This document shows, one piece after another, positions 1 through 9,251 of a DNA stretch of 36,177 nucleotides (positions within the stretch are counted from its first letter, which is position 1; the number at the start of each line of letters is the position of its first letter). This DNA is from a virus (lineage: Duplodnaviria > Heunggongvirae > Uroviricota > Caudoviricetes), in IMG/VR virus record IMGVR_UViG_3300025133_006513, positions 117,289-153,465 of that record; one strand, written 5' to 3'. The notes beneath the pieces are model-generated. The model was not told the DNA's origin. It did not search any database and saw only the letters and a program-made list of their open reading frames with translations. The translations under genes and the position numbers were made by a program.

Positions 1-849
1 ATGTGGTACTGGGAGCTCGGACAGAAAGTAAAGAAAATTTACTTGGATGCTAAGTCTAAGCAGGAGTTGTACGGCAATAAGGTGTTGCTACGACTCGCTG
101 TGGGTTTAGGCTATAAGACTGATCGTCAGTTGCGTAATGCAATGGGTGTGTGCAAGGCTTTTGGCACTAAGAAGTCATTCACACAATTCCTCAAGTTGAA
201 GGGTGAAGCAGGGAACACGTTGCGTTGGTCCCATCTGGTTTACCTGTCAGCTGTTGGCGACACTGAGATGCGTATGCAGCTTGCTGCAGCGGCACTAGAG
301 CAAACCTGGACAGCAGACGAGCTGTGGGCCAAGGTTAAGGCACTGTGTGAACGGACACCACGCGGCACCCGTTCGCCAGCAACTAAAGTACCTACGTCTG
401 CCCGCAACTGCCTTGTGCACTTGCAATCACAGGCGACGAAGTTCAACTTTAACTACGACCACGCCTGGACAGGCGATGCGTTTGATCTGGCAAAGACCGT
501 CAAGGAGATGCCAGTCGATAAACTGAATACCAAGCTGTTGGACGCTGTAAAGGCGGCGCGTAAAGAGATCACCAACATGAAGACGAAGGCCATTGAGATG
601 TCCAACGTCTTGGCAGTCGCTCAGGCTGATATCGAGGACCGACGCGAATCGCAAGGTGCGTTGGAAGCTCAGATGGAGATCGACGGTGTAACCGACGAAG
701 CAGAGGACGACGATAACCTCGTCCCTATGGATCGTAATAAGAAACAGGCTGCGAAGGAAAAGCGTGATGAAGCCAAGCGGAAGAAAGCCGCGAAGGCAGC
801 ACGTGCGGGTAAGAAAGGCAAGGCCCGTGCGGGTCGTGTAGGTACATAG
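1..849 (+). CDS. YhcG/DUF1016 N-terminal-domain-like protein with Lys/Arg-rich C-terminal tail (probably 5'-truncated by window edge)
   Basis: YWELG...YGxKVLxxLA...LxWSHxxxLxxVxDxxxR...A...WT..EL pattern resembles the DUF1016 N-terminal domain; no PD-(D/E)xK nuclease half seen; basic tail KRKKAAKAARAGKKGKARAGR. Confidence 0.55.
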   Translation: MWYWELGQKVKKIYLDAKSKQELYGNKVLLRLAVGLGYKTDRQLRNAMGVCKAFGTKKSFTQFLKLKGEAGNTLRWSHLVYLSAVGDTEMRMQLAAAALEQTWTADELWAKVKALCERTPRGTRSPATKVPTSARNCLVHLQSQATKFNFNYDHAWTGDAFDLAKTVKEMPVDKLNTKLLDAVKAARKEITNMKTKAIEMSNVLAVAQADIEDRRESQGALEAQMEIDGVTDEAEDDDNLVPMDRNKKQAAKEKRDEAKRKKAAKAARAGKKGKARAGRVGT

Positions 850-1649
850 TGGCAGCTAAATTCACAGTTTGTGCCTTGTTCTACGGTGATCATTCTGACT
901 TGGCGCGGCGGCTCTTATCGTCGTTGCGCCGGTCGGAGTGGCCGCAGGATATTCTATACCGGTTTGGGATCAACAACGTCTGCAGTGAGACCCTCAAGAC
1001 CATCGAGGCGTTCTATGCCGCCTACCCAGGCAGGGTGGATGTACTCCGGGGCTTTGAGCCCTATTACAAGTATCCGCTCATGCGGCGGATGTACGAGAAC
1101 TTGCTGACACCATACGCCATGTGGTTCGATGACGACTCGTGGATTGGCGACGGTGCTCCTAATACCTGGTTTGATGATGTGGAGGCTAAGCTGCAGACAT
1201 GCGAGCTGGTTGGGGCACCATACACGATGAAGCTGCGGGGCAACCAGCAGCAGTTCATCAAGGACCAACCCTGGTACACCGGTAAGCCGATCTCTAACCC
1301 CATGACTTTTGCGACGGGCGGGTGGCTTGCTGCCTGCTCAGAGGTCTACAACGGTAATGATTGGCCACCTGCAAGCTTTGAGCATAATGGTGGTGATGTC
1401 ATGCTGGGGGCGATGTGTGAGCAACAGGGGTACCGTATAGGTAAGTTCACCCAGCATATCGGCATCAACGCCGACGACTCGATGAAGTGCTCTAGCGCTC
1501 CGCGGCGTGGTGCCAACACTACTCCGATAGGTGTTAACTACACTCCTTCGCAGCTGACACCTGAACAGCGTAAAGAGGTCATAAAGAATGGTTGGGGCGA
1601 TCCTCCACCACCTAAGAAGTCTTTCTTTGACATATTGGATGGTAAGTAA
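849..1649 (+). CDS. Putative glycosyltransferase (GT-A/GT2-like)
   Basis: AMWFDDDSW DxD-type motif, YRFGINN strand, HNGGDVMLGxxxEQQG region typical of GT-A fold; stop/start coupled to neighbours. Confidence 0.6.
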   Translation: MAAKFTVCALFYGDHSDLARRLLSSLRRSEWPQDILYRFGINNVCSETLKTIEAFYAAYPGRVDVLRGFEPYYKYPLMRRMYENLLTPYAMWFDDDSWIGDGAPNTWFDDVEAKLQTCELVGAPYTMKLRGNQQQFIKDQPWYTGKPISNPMTFATGGWLAACSEVYNGNDWPPASFEHNGGDVMLGAMCEQQGYRIGKFTQHIGINADDSMKCSSAPRRGANTTPIGVNYTPSQLTPEQRKEVIKNGWGDPPPPKKSFFDILDGK

Positions 1650-2050
1650 TGCCGAAAGAACGTACGGCTGAGATTTTTAACATGACTCCGTTTCTTGAGG
1701 CGGAAGAGTTGCCTGTGGATCCCAATACCGGGAACCCGCTTATTCAGCGTGCGATTAAGCGACAAGGCAGTGATATTTGGCGTGTTCGCGCAGAGCCGTT
1801 AGCTGAGCAAGCTGACGGCCCACTGGCGTGGACACTCGTCAGGGAAGGGGACCTTGTTCGTATCCCCCTACTCCCGTACCGCTCGAAACAAGAGCCGGTA
1901 TGGGCTATGCTTGCAGGTATGGACGTTATCCAGCGTTATCTGGAAAGCGTGCCCACTGCTAAACGTACCCACATCATCCTTGGCGACCCTATCGAGGAAG
2001 TAGACGGAGAGTTCCGTTTCTGGCTCGGGTTTGCCGCACACATTCAGTAG
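1649..2050 (+). CDS. Hypothetical protein
   Basis: 133 aa ORF, TAATG coupling to upstream stop. Confidence 0.75.
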   Translation: MPKERTAEIFNMTPFLEAEELPVDPNTGNPLIQRAIKRQGSDIWRVRAEPLAEQADGPLAWTLVREGDLVRIPLLPYRSKQEPVWAMLAGMDVIQRYLESVPTAKRTHIILGDPIEEVDGEFRFWLGFAAHIQ

Positions 2051-2056
2051 GACACT

Positions 2057-2440
2057 ATGGCTGAACAACCGACCCTTGAAGAATATGCCCTAGGCATCAA
2101 CAACGTGAATACGGACCTACAGCGGCAGAGTGCCGCGTATGGTCACTTTCGCGAGGTGATGGGGCACTTACGTGCGATAGAGACGAACCCCAACGCTGAT
2201 CGTCCTGCACAACTACCGTTCGTGATTGTGCGGTTCCCGCAGGAGGGCAATACGCCTGGGGAGATGAAGATCGACCTAAACACGCTGGATCCTCAGACAC
2301 TCGCTGTGTTTGGTCCTGTGTTTGAGTTACTCGCTACTGGTGCTGGTGAGCAGTTGCTCCAGGCATGGGAGAACATTGGCAATGTCATGACGCAAGTGAC
2401 GCCTATCCTTACCGCAGCAAAGCAGCAGCAAAGTGGCTGA
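2057..2440 (+). CDS. Hypothetical protein
   Basis: 127 aa ORF, AGGA RBS upstream, operon tiling. Confidence 0.75.
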   Translation: MAEQPTLEEYALGINNVNTDLQRQSAAYGHFREVMGHLRAIETNPNADRPAQLPFVIVRFPQEGNTPGEMKIDLNTLDPQTLAVFGPVFELLATGAGEQLLQAWENIGNVMTQVTPILTAAKQQQSG

Positions 2441-3008
2441 TGTAATAAGGTCGGTGGATGTTCTTAGAGACGAGTTTCGACTCGCCTTAGATGGGTGGCA
2501 CCTCACTGTTACGCCTCCGCGTAATGACGGTAGCTCACCTCTCGCTAACATCAACCTGGTTGCTGGTCAGCAATCGGAACGGTATGCACAGCGGTTTTTA
2601 AGTTGCGATCATTCCACAGCGGAGATCGCGTTGCTTGAGGCCATGCTTGGTTATCTCAACAGTGGCGGCAACCCTCGCCGATTAGCCCGGTTGGCTAATT
2701 GGGTGGGTGACTTGCCTAAGATTGAGGTTACTGATTTCAAAGTACTGAATGCCCACGGATCGAGTAAGTGGGTGTCGTACTGGCAGCACAAGGATAAGCG
2801 TATATTCGAAGTGCATCACGGGGACTTCGCCTGTGAACTGACGCAAGATGACATACAGAACCTCCTCGATATAGAAGATGACCCCGATGGCCAAGAAGAA
2901 ATGCAAAGCGACAAAGCCCAAAACGCCAACTTCACCGATGCTTACAGCGTTGATGAAGATGGCGAAGGCGAAGAAGGGGAAGGTAGAAGTAACAGCTCCG
3001 GTAGCTAA
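2433..3008 (+). CDS. Hypothetical protein with acidic C-terminal tail
   Basis: 191 aa ORF overlapping upstream stop; tail DEDGEGEEGEG. Confidence 0.7.
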   Translation: MADVIRSVDVLRDEFRLALDGWHLTVTPPRNDGSSPLANINLVAGQQSERYAQRFLSCDHSTAEIALLEAMLGYLNSGGNPRRLARLANWVGDLPKIEVTDFKVLNAHGSSKWVSYWQHKDKRIFEVHHGDFACELTQDDIQNLLDIEDDPDGQEEMQSDKAQNANFTDAYSVDEDGEGEEGEGRSNSSGS

Positions 3009-3029
3009 GAAAGTGCAGGACCAGTACGT

Positions 3030-3824
3030 ATGACAGAACGTGGCGTTGCGTTTCCTCGTTACAATCTGACCCGCATCTTTACACTGCGGAACTGGCTCAC
3101 AGATGATGTTCTTTCTGATTTTGCAGGGTTCGCCCCTGTCGGAGCAAGCTTCGATGAGTTCGTTGATATAATTTGCGGGGCCTTGGGTCGCGTGAATCGT
3201 CAGGTCGTCTTGGATAGCGTGCGTGATGTAGCTGGCACGATACAGATGGATGCTGATATCTACCGCCTAGCTTGGCGGCTGGCGGGTAATCTAACCCGCA
3301 TGCGGGATGGCGTTCCTGTCCCGCCGTGGAACACTCAACGAGAGAAAGAGTGGGTACCCGTGCAGATCGTGTCCTATAAACCTGCCGAGAGCAGGCAGGG
3401 CCGATCTGGCGGGGACTTTGTCTTTAGGATATTGGCAGGCACTCCCTGCCCAATGCGAATCAACAAGTTCATGACTACGGGGTTTGCTAGGCAGAACGCA
3501 CTGCGAATGGGCTACAGCCGCTTGCGAGGTAAATCCCCCTTTGGGCATATCTCTGAGCTTGTAGGCCTTCGCATGTGGATCGAGCTAGACCCTGAGCAGT
3601 GCAGCGTCGGCCGACCTGGTTTCGATCACGTGGGCTGTTCGTCTGGACTGAAGAAGTGGAACATGTCGATCATTAATAAGCGATTTCGTCGTGGTTGGGA
3701 GTGCCCACACCAGTACGATCATTACTGCTTTGACTGTCACGTAGGGTACCAGCAGTGCCCGGCCGCGACACATCAAGTAACAATTAACGTTAACCCACCG
3801 GAGGGATCAAATGGAGCGAGATGA
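3030..3824 (+). CDS. Hypothetical protein with C-terminal Cys/His cluster (possible Zn-binding)
   Basis: CPHQYDHYCFDCHVGYQQCPAATH near C-terminus. Confidence 0.7.
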   Translation: MTERGVAFPRYNLTRIFTLRNWLTDDVLSDFAGFAPVGASFDEFVDIICGALGRVNRQVVLDSVRDVAGTIQMDADIYRLAWRLAGNLTRMRDGVPVPPWNTQREKEWVPVQIVSYKPAESRQGRSGGDFVFRILAGTPCPMRINKFMTTGFARQNALRMGYSRLRGKSPFGHISELVGLRMWIELDPEQCSVGRPGFDHVGCSSGLKKWNMSIINKRFRRGWECPHQYDHYCFDCHVGYQQCPAATHQVTINVNPPEGSNGAR

Positions 3825-4308
3825 AGAAAAACGTTTGGAAGATGTACTTCGTACCTCGCGGGAGCTTCTGGATGAGGCTGCGAGTGCAAGGCAGATGGTG
3901 CGGTTTTCGCAGTCGCTCAACCGTATTGATGATGCGTATGAGTTGACTATTCGGGTGACGGCTGACGATCATGTTGTGTTGCGAGATGTTGATGGGAATA
4001 GCTTATCTGCGCCTCGTCTAACTGATGCAACACGGGCGTTAGAGACGCGGTTAGCTGTGTCGCTCACAATAGCCATTGAGGCAGCGTTGGAGCAGTTTGC
4101 TGAGACTGTGAACGACGAGTATGCAGCTGCTTTGTATGCTGCTGCTGGTGAGGTAAAACCTAGCAGCGACATACAGACTACGCGAACGCCCAGGAAGATA
4201 CGCCTACCCCCTGAGGAGCAAGTGGCCGCAATAGTTGAGGGCACAGCAGGCAATACACCCAGCGGGCCAGAAGACCCGGCACCACCAGGAAGGGAGATAC
4301 CATTCTAA
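3811..4308 (+). CDS. Hypothetical protein carrying RTPRKIRL motif
   Basis: 165 aa ORF, GGAGG RBS, coupled to def. Confidence 0.7.
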   Translation: MERDEEKRLEDVLRTSRELLDEAASARQMVRFSQSLNRIDDAYELTIRVTADDHVVLRDVDGNSLSAPRLTDATRALETRLAVSLTIAIEAALEQFAETVNDEYAAALYAAAGEVKPSSDIQTTRTPRKIRLPPEEQVAAIVEGTAGNTPSGPEDPAPPGREIPF

Positions 4309-4757
4309 TGGAGATTCTTAAGTACCCCCATGAGGCGTTGTGTAAGGTATGCACACCCGTGGATATCGTGACGCCGCAGCTAAAAGAACAACTCAGCGAA
4401 ATGCTGGCGTTGATGTACAAGTTCGACGGTGTCGGGCTTGCCGGTTCCCAGGTAGGCATACTTCAGCGAGTGTTGGTAATGAACAGCACCGCTGATCCTG
4501 CAAATACGAATGATGAGTATGTGCTCATCAATCCAATTATCTACCGTAACTTTGGTGGTGTATCTCGACAACGTGAAGGTTGTCTGAGCATGCCTGGTGT
4601 TGGTGCTTCAGTCACACGCTCGAAGAAGGTTAGGTTCGAGGCGTGGACGCTGGAGGGCAAACTTATACAGAAAACGTGGTCTGGTATGAAAGCCAGAGTA
4701 CTTCAACACGAGCTCGAGCATTTGAACGGAATTACGATAATTGACCATGCTAAATAA
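4308..4757 (+). CDS. def: Peptide deformylase
   Basis: All three PDF motifs: GVGLAGSQVG, EGCLS, HELEHLNG. Confidence 0.95.
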   Translation: MEILKYPHEALCKVCTPVDIVTPQLKEQLSEMLALMYKFDGVGLAGSQVGILQRVLVMNSTADPANTNDEYVLINPIIYRNFGGVSRQREGCLSMPGVGASVTRSKKVRFEAWTLEGKLIQKTWSGMKARVLQHELEHLNGITIIDHAK

Positions 4758-5499
4758 GGCAGCTATGGCCCGGCGTATCGGGGCTATCAAACCAGATACG
4801 GTTCTTAAGTACAACGCCTACTGGGGACCACTCACCGCCCAAACACCTGAACAATGTCGCGACAGGTGGATATTCGCGTTACTCTCTGGCCAGACTGGAT
4901 GGCGGCAGAACGTAGAATCCTACCTCAGCGTCACATCTATCCCGTGGGAGACCAAAGCACAGTTGCGTACCATACTTGAAGCAACGCGCTGCGGGCTCTA
5001 CACGGCTAAGACTAAAGGTATCTGGCATGTGATGGAGTTATATCGCAAAGGCCGTGCGGACCGTATCCTGATGCACCCCGCAGAGGCGGGGTGGGTTGAG
5101 CCGCGGGAGGGTGACACGCCCGGTAAACCCCGCTGGGTGGAGTGGCGTGACAAATTAGTCAGCCTGATCGACTTTAACGGGAAGGATATCCTACCGCATG
5201 TCGGGCATAAGATCGCGGCATTTGCCCACGAGCTTTGTTTCCCAATGGACTGCAAGGTTGCTGCTGTGGATACCCACGTGGCGAGCTGGTACGGGGTGGA
5301 CGTCAACAAGACGTCGATGACACCGACACTCTACCACGCACTCGAGAAGCATTGGGTGGCTACGTGTGATCGTCATAACTACCCCCCTGCTATGGTTCGC
5401 CACATCCTGTGGGACCAGATACAGGGGTTTGAGGATACACGGTACTGGGCTCATGTATTTGAGCAGGCACCTGTTGAAACGGGAGCCGTTGTGGGCTAG
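4747..5499 (+). CDS. HhH-GPD superfamily DNA glycosylase/lyase (endonuclease III/Ogg-like, no Fe-S cluster seen)
   Basis: HhH hairpin LPHVGHKIA with catalytic-position Lys and AVDTHV catalytic Asp motif; start uncertain (4741/4747/4765). Confidence 0.7.
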   Translation: MLNKAAMARRIGAIKPDTVLKYNAYWGPLTAQTPEQCRDRWIFALLSGQTGWRQNVESYLSVTSIPWETKAQLRTILEATRCGLYTAKTKGIWHVMELYRKGRADRILMHPAEAGWVEPREGDTPGKPRWVEWRDKLVSLIDFNGKDILPHVGHKIAAFAHELCFPMDCKVAAVDTHVASWYGVDVNKTSMTPTLYHALEKHWVATCDRHNYPPAMVRHILWDQIQGFEDTRYWAHVFEQAPVETGAVVG

Positions 5500-5509
5500 G
5501 ATTATTCGT

Positions 5510-6070
5510 ATGAATGATCCAACCCCCAAAAAACACCGTCCGTCGTTTCAACTCCGCCGTAAAGAAGCTCGGGCAGGTCAACGCGACCCGTACTACAATC
5601 CCGAGCGGGACCTTGCCCATATTGGGCCCTTTATCGTTAAGGGTGCAATGCAGGCAATGGAGACCGAGCAGTGGGAACCCTGGCTCGCACAGTTCTGCGA
5701 AGAACAGGGAATCACGTATGACAGCATCATCGAGAGCGACGCTCCGTTGATGCTAGCTAAGGCATTGAATCTTATCATTGGCAGCGATCACCCGCCTGCC
5801 GCGATGAAAGAGGTTGGTTTCGATCAACTACCTGGTGCCATGCAGCTTCTCTTTTATGGTCGCTTAGGTCAGGTGCTCCTGGCCGCTACATGGTCTGCGG
5901 TTAAGGACGTAAGTCGTCCAGACTCAGACCCCCCTGCGGCTATCACTGAGTTGCTTGACGATATGCAAACAATACTTGAAGAATTTTCAGTAGAGCAACC
6001 ACATGGCGATAAACCCCACGACCACCCCCTCGGTGACGGGACGGCGTGCGAGGAGCCCGGGCCAGTTTAA
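5510..6070 (+). CDS. Hypothetical protein
   Basis: Likely start ATG 5510 after upstream stop (ORF track extends to 5366). Confidence 0.7.
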   Translation: MNDPTPKKHRPSFQLRRKEARAGQRDPYYNPERDLAHIGPFIVKGAMQAMETEQWEPWLAQFCEEQGITYDSIIESDAPLMLAKALNLIIGSDHPPAAMKEVGFDQLPGAMQLLFYGRLGQVLLAATWSAVKDVSRPDSDPPAAITELLDDMQTILEEFSVEQPHGDKPHDHPLGDGTACEEPGPV

Positions 6071-6137
6071 TCTGGCCGCAACGACAGAGACTTGTCGATA
6101 CATAACCCTGGATAGGCGGCTTCAGCTGCTTTCAATC

Positions 6138-6956
6138 ATGTCTGCACATTGGTTTCAACAGTTTGCTGGTCGATTCGGATTCCCGCACAATTACACGTGT
6201 ATCGATCTGGAGACTAATGGCGTTAAGCCTACATCCAGCCAGATTTGCTCAATAGGTCATACCATCGTACGTGATGGTGTGCCCATTGAGACCAAGGAGG
6301 TCTACCTCAACTGGCCTGACTTCCCAGACATCGATCATCTCGCATTTCAGCGAGACTTAAACAATGCCGAGCGGGGCATGGCCGCGCAAGGTAAGCCGTT
6401 CCACCACACGTGGGACAGGTTGCAGTCACAGGGGCGCCCACCGATGGATGTCCTCACAGAGTATCTCGAAATGTTCGAGGCCATGGAAGGTCGTCGTGAG
6501 GTCGTAGTGGCCCACAATGGCTTCCGCTTCGATATCGAACTACTCCAGGCTCATTTCCACAACTGGCTAGATATTCCCTTTGTCTTCGATAGTGCACTGG
6601 TGTACGACACTGGTATTGCGGAGAAAGCTAGTCAGCTTGATGAGGATGATGACCCACTGCCATTGGTGGGCGAGACCATGCAGCAGTTTGCATGGCGTAT
6701 TGGCGCCTTACGTCGTCGCGGGGTCTACTGGGCCCTGGATCGTCATTGTGACGAGAAGTACCGCTTGTTCGAGAAGGCCAGCACCGCTATTGACCAGGCC
6801 CACAGTGCCGGTACCGATAGCCTTGTCTTGGCCTATCTAGTGGAGGAGCACAAGAAACTTGCTGGGGTTGCCCCGCATGTTAACTTGGATGCTGCCGGCC
6901 AAACGCTACCTGTAACACCATTAAACATCCAACAGGATGTTGATCCCTCTGCATAG
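6138..6956 (+). CDS. DEDDh 3'-5' exonuclease (DnaQ/epsilon-like)
   Basis: ExoI CIDLETNG, ExoII AHNGFRFD, ExoIII AHSAGTD; likely start ATG 6138. Confidence 0.85.
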   Translation: MSAHWFQQFAGRFGFPHNYTCIDLETNGVKPTSSQICSIGHTIVRDGVPIETKEVYLNWPDFPDIDHLAFQRDLNNAERGMAAQGKPFHHTWDRLQSQGRPPMDVLTEYLEMFEAMEGRREVVVAHNGFRFDIELLQAHFHNWLDIPFVFDSALVYDTGIAEKASQLDEDDDPLPLVGETMQQFAWRIGALRRRGVYWALDRHCDEKYRLFEKASTAIDQAHSAGTDSLVLAYLVEEHKKLAGVAPHVNLDAAGQTLPVTPLNIQQDVDPSA

Positions 6957-6975
6957 TTCTATGGAAGGAAACCCA

Positions 6976-7743
6976 ATGACAGACACTACTACGCCACCGG
7001 TACGTTCGGTGGCAAACAACCCTACAGCTCCTGCTGGTGGCGCCCCGGCGACATTCGAGGAGCTGCGTACCGCGTTATCTACTACTTATCAGGCGGTACT
7101 GGCGGATCACCAGCGGGCAATCGCTTCTATGGAGCGGTTATCCGTGCCAGTTGCAGCGATTTTATCGTTGCCGGCTACCAGTGCAGTTGTGCAGACTGTA
7201 CTACCTGGTATGGAAGAGGAAGATGAAGAAGACTGTACGCCACCAGCGTCACGGCGAGTATACTCGCGTGCGATTACCGCTTTATGGGAAGAGCATACGC
7301 AGCGTATTCCTGCTGCTTTGCGTTTTGTCCAGGCGTGCAAGCGTGCCGGTGCTGATGTGCATGGCTGCGAACGGCATACGTATCCCACTGCGGCTGCTAT
7401 AAAGTGCGTCCACTTTCTTCGGCCGTTATTTAACGCAAATAGTCTTTATTTTAGTCGCGTAATGCAGGTTACTCGCGACGCGTGGGCCGATCAGGCGGAC
7501 CGCCACCACGGCGGTATACTCAAAGCCGTGCATGCGGTGATTAATCTCCGGGGCACTGTGCAGCACACTGCTGCGATTACCCGTGTTTTGGCGACAAAAA
7601 CGGCGAGTGAGTGGCTCGCAGTGGTTAAGGATTCTGACCGACAAACCGACGACGCACTGCGTGTCTTGTGGTTAACTGAGTGTCTTAGTGCCATTCCTAA
7701 TTTTCAACTTGTAGCCTCGGCGGATGGCGATGCCCAAGCTTGA
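6976..7743 (+). CDS. Hypothetical protein
   Basis: Long ORF; ATG 6976 follows GGAAGG. Confidence 0.7.
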   Translation: MTDTTTPPVRSVANNPTAPAGGAPATFEELRTALSTTYQAVLADHQRAIASMERLSVPVAAILSLPATSAVVQTVLPGMEEEDEEDCTPPASRRVYSRAITALWEEHTQRIPAALRFVQACKRAGADVHGCERHTYPTAAAIKCVHFLRPLFNANSLYFSRVMQVTRDAWADQADRHHGGILKAVHAVINLRGTVQHTAAITRVLATKTASEWLAVVKDSDRQTDDALRVLWLTECLSAIPNFQLVASADGDAQA

Positions 7744-8347
7744 CCAATACACTTCCCCCGAAGACCTCGCTGCTGCCCTCACCGGGAAGCACCCAGATAA
7801 ACGTCGTTTTCTCGGCGTGGACTTGGGCACCAACTGCGGGGTCGCCTGGGCTGACATCTCTAAGGATCAAACCTTAAAGACGTCAGTCCTGTTCGGTGGT
7901 CAGCTCGATCTAGGCGTTCTGCCATATGAGACTGGCCCCTTACGATTCATCAGGCTCAAGCAGTTCCTCAGCGTTCTGCAGCCTGATGTAATTGGCTATG
8001 AAGACGTGAAGTACACGCCTGGTGGTGAGTTTGGTAGGGCCCCTGTGGGTGTTATCATGTCTCGCGTATCTAAGTCTGCCGAGCTTCTCGGTGGGTTGAA
8101 GGTTATCATGTCCACCTGGGCCGAGGAGCACGGTATCCCCGTGCAGGCCCTAGGTATCGGGCAGATCAAGAAGTTTGCCACTGGCAAGGGTAATGCAGGT
8201 AAGGAGAAGATGATCGAGGCAGCTAACAAAGCCTACGGTCTGAAGCTCGAAACCGAGGACTACAAGTCCACTGGTGCCGACAACATCGCTGATGCGATGC
8301 ATATCGTTGCCATGCTCATCGAGGGCTATAAAGACGCGTTTAAGTAA
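7724..8347 (+). CDS. ruvC: RuvC-like Holliday junction resolvase
   Basis: LGVDLGTNCG (Asp1), YED (Glu), IKKFATGKGNAGKEKM, DNIADA (Asp pair). Confidence 0.8.
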   Translation: MAMPKLDQYTSPEDLAAALTGKHPDKRRFLGVDLGTNCGVAWADISKDQTLKTSVLFGGQLDLGVLPYETGPLRFIRLKQFLSVLQPDVIGYEDVKYTPGGEFGRAPVGVIMSRVSKSAELLGGLKVIMSTWAEEHGIPVQALGIGQIKKFATGKGNAGKEKMIEAANKAYGLKLETEDYKSTGADNIADAMHIVAMLIEGYKDAFK

Positions 8348-8379
8348 TTTGATCCTGTGAACAAAATTGGAGGCCACTC

Positions 8380-9099
8380 TTGGCCAAGAAGGAAGCAATC
8401 TATATCGGTGCTACGATCGTCGGTGCCGAGGACGCGGACAGCTATTTCGGACCTGTGAAGGTGCCGGGCAGCATGTCCAAGCAAGAGACGATCGACAGAC
8501 ACATCGCCAAGGTTGAGACCGCAAGGGCGGGCCACGCTGGCGCTCAGGCACTAGGCTTCGCTGGAAGTCTGCTGCCAAATGATGATGCGTATGAGAATCA
8601 CGCACACCGACCTATGGTTGGACTACTGGCGTCTGTATCAATCCTCGATAACGAGGGCGTGCAGATCTACCATCAGGCAGAGAAGGGGCAAGTGGCACGC
8701 GGTAAAGTCGCGCTGCCTTTGATCAATTACCTGCAAGAGGCACACCCTAAGCAGTTTGGGGACTCTCTACGTTTTGGCGATGCTGAGCCTAGTACTATCT
8801 TCTTCGGGTTCAACCTGAAGCAGATCTTCAGGATCGCGGCATTCGAGGTGCTTCGGCACAATATGGATAATGCCTACCCTGCTGCTGTGCCAGTGCGGCT
8901 GTGGCATAATCCTGCAGGCGTGTACGATGTCCTGGACGTCTTGCTGTCAGCTAATGACCAGCGGGACCTGGATTTGTACAGCCTGTTACGTTATTTTGAT
9001 GTGAAGGAGAACGCGGAGTCCCTGTCGAAGAACTCCCTGCTGCAGGCTGAAGCAGCTATGCAGCTGGTAAAACGGGCACAACTGGTGCCTCGAGTCTGA
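8380..9099 (+). CDS. Possible degenerate PolB-type 3'-5' exonuclease-like protein
   Basis: TTG start after GGAGG; VKVPGSMSKQETIDRHIAK, FFGFN, YDVLDVL and LYSLLRYFDV resemble phage PolB-exo-like family but acidic catalytic motifs are absent. Confidence 0.4.
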   Translation: MAKKEAIYIGATIVGAEDADSYFGPVKVPGSMSKQETIDRHIAKVETARAGHAGAQALGFAGSLLPNDDAYENHAHRPMVGLLASVSILDNEGVQIYHQAEKGQVARGKVALPLINYLQEAHPKQFGDSLRFGDAEPSTIFFGFNLKQIFRIAAFEVLRHNMDNAYPAAVPVRLWHNPAGVYDVLDVLLSANDQRDLDLYSLLRYFDVKENAESLSKNSLLQAEAAMQLVKRAQLVPRV

Positions 9100-9251
9100 T
9101 AGTTAATTCGCGTTCCTAGGCAAACCCGGTTGCCGGACACCCGACGCAACGAAGCCTGGTGGTCTCATAAGCCACCGGACCTGTGAGTTTTTTTGTGGAT
9201 TTCTCACTAGGCGGGTGCAATTCCCTAAGGGTGTCTTTTAAGGAGATTACG

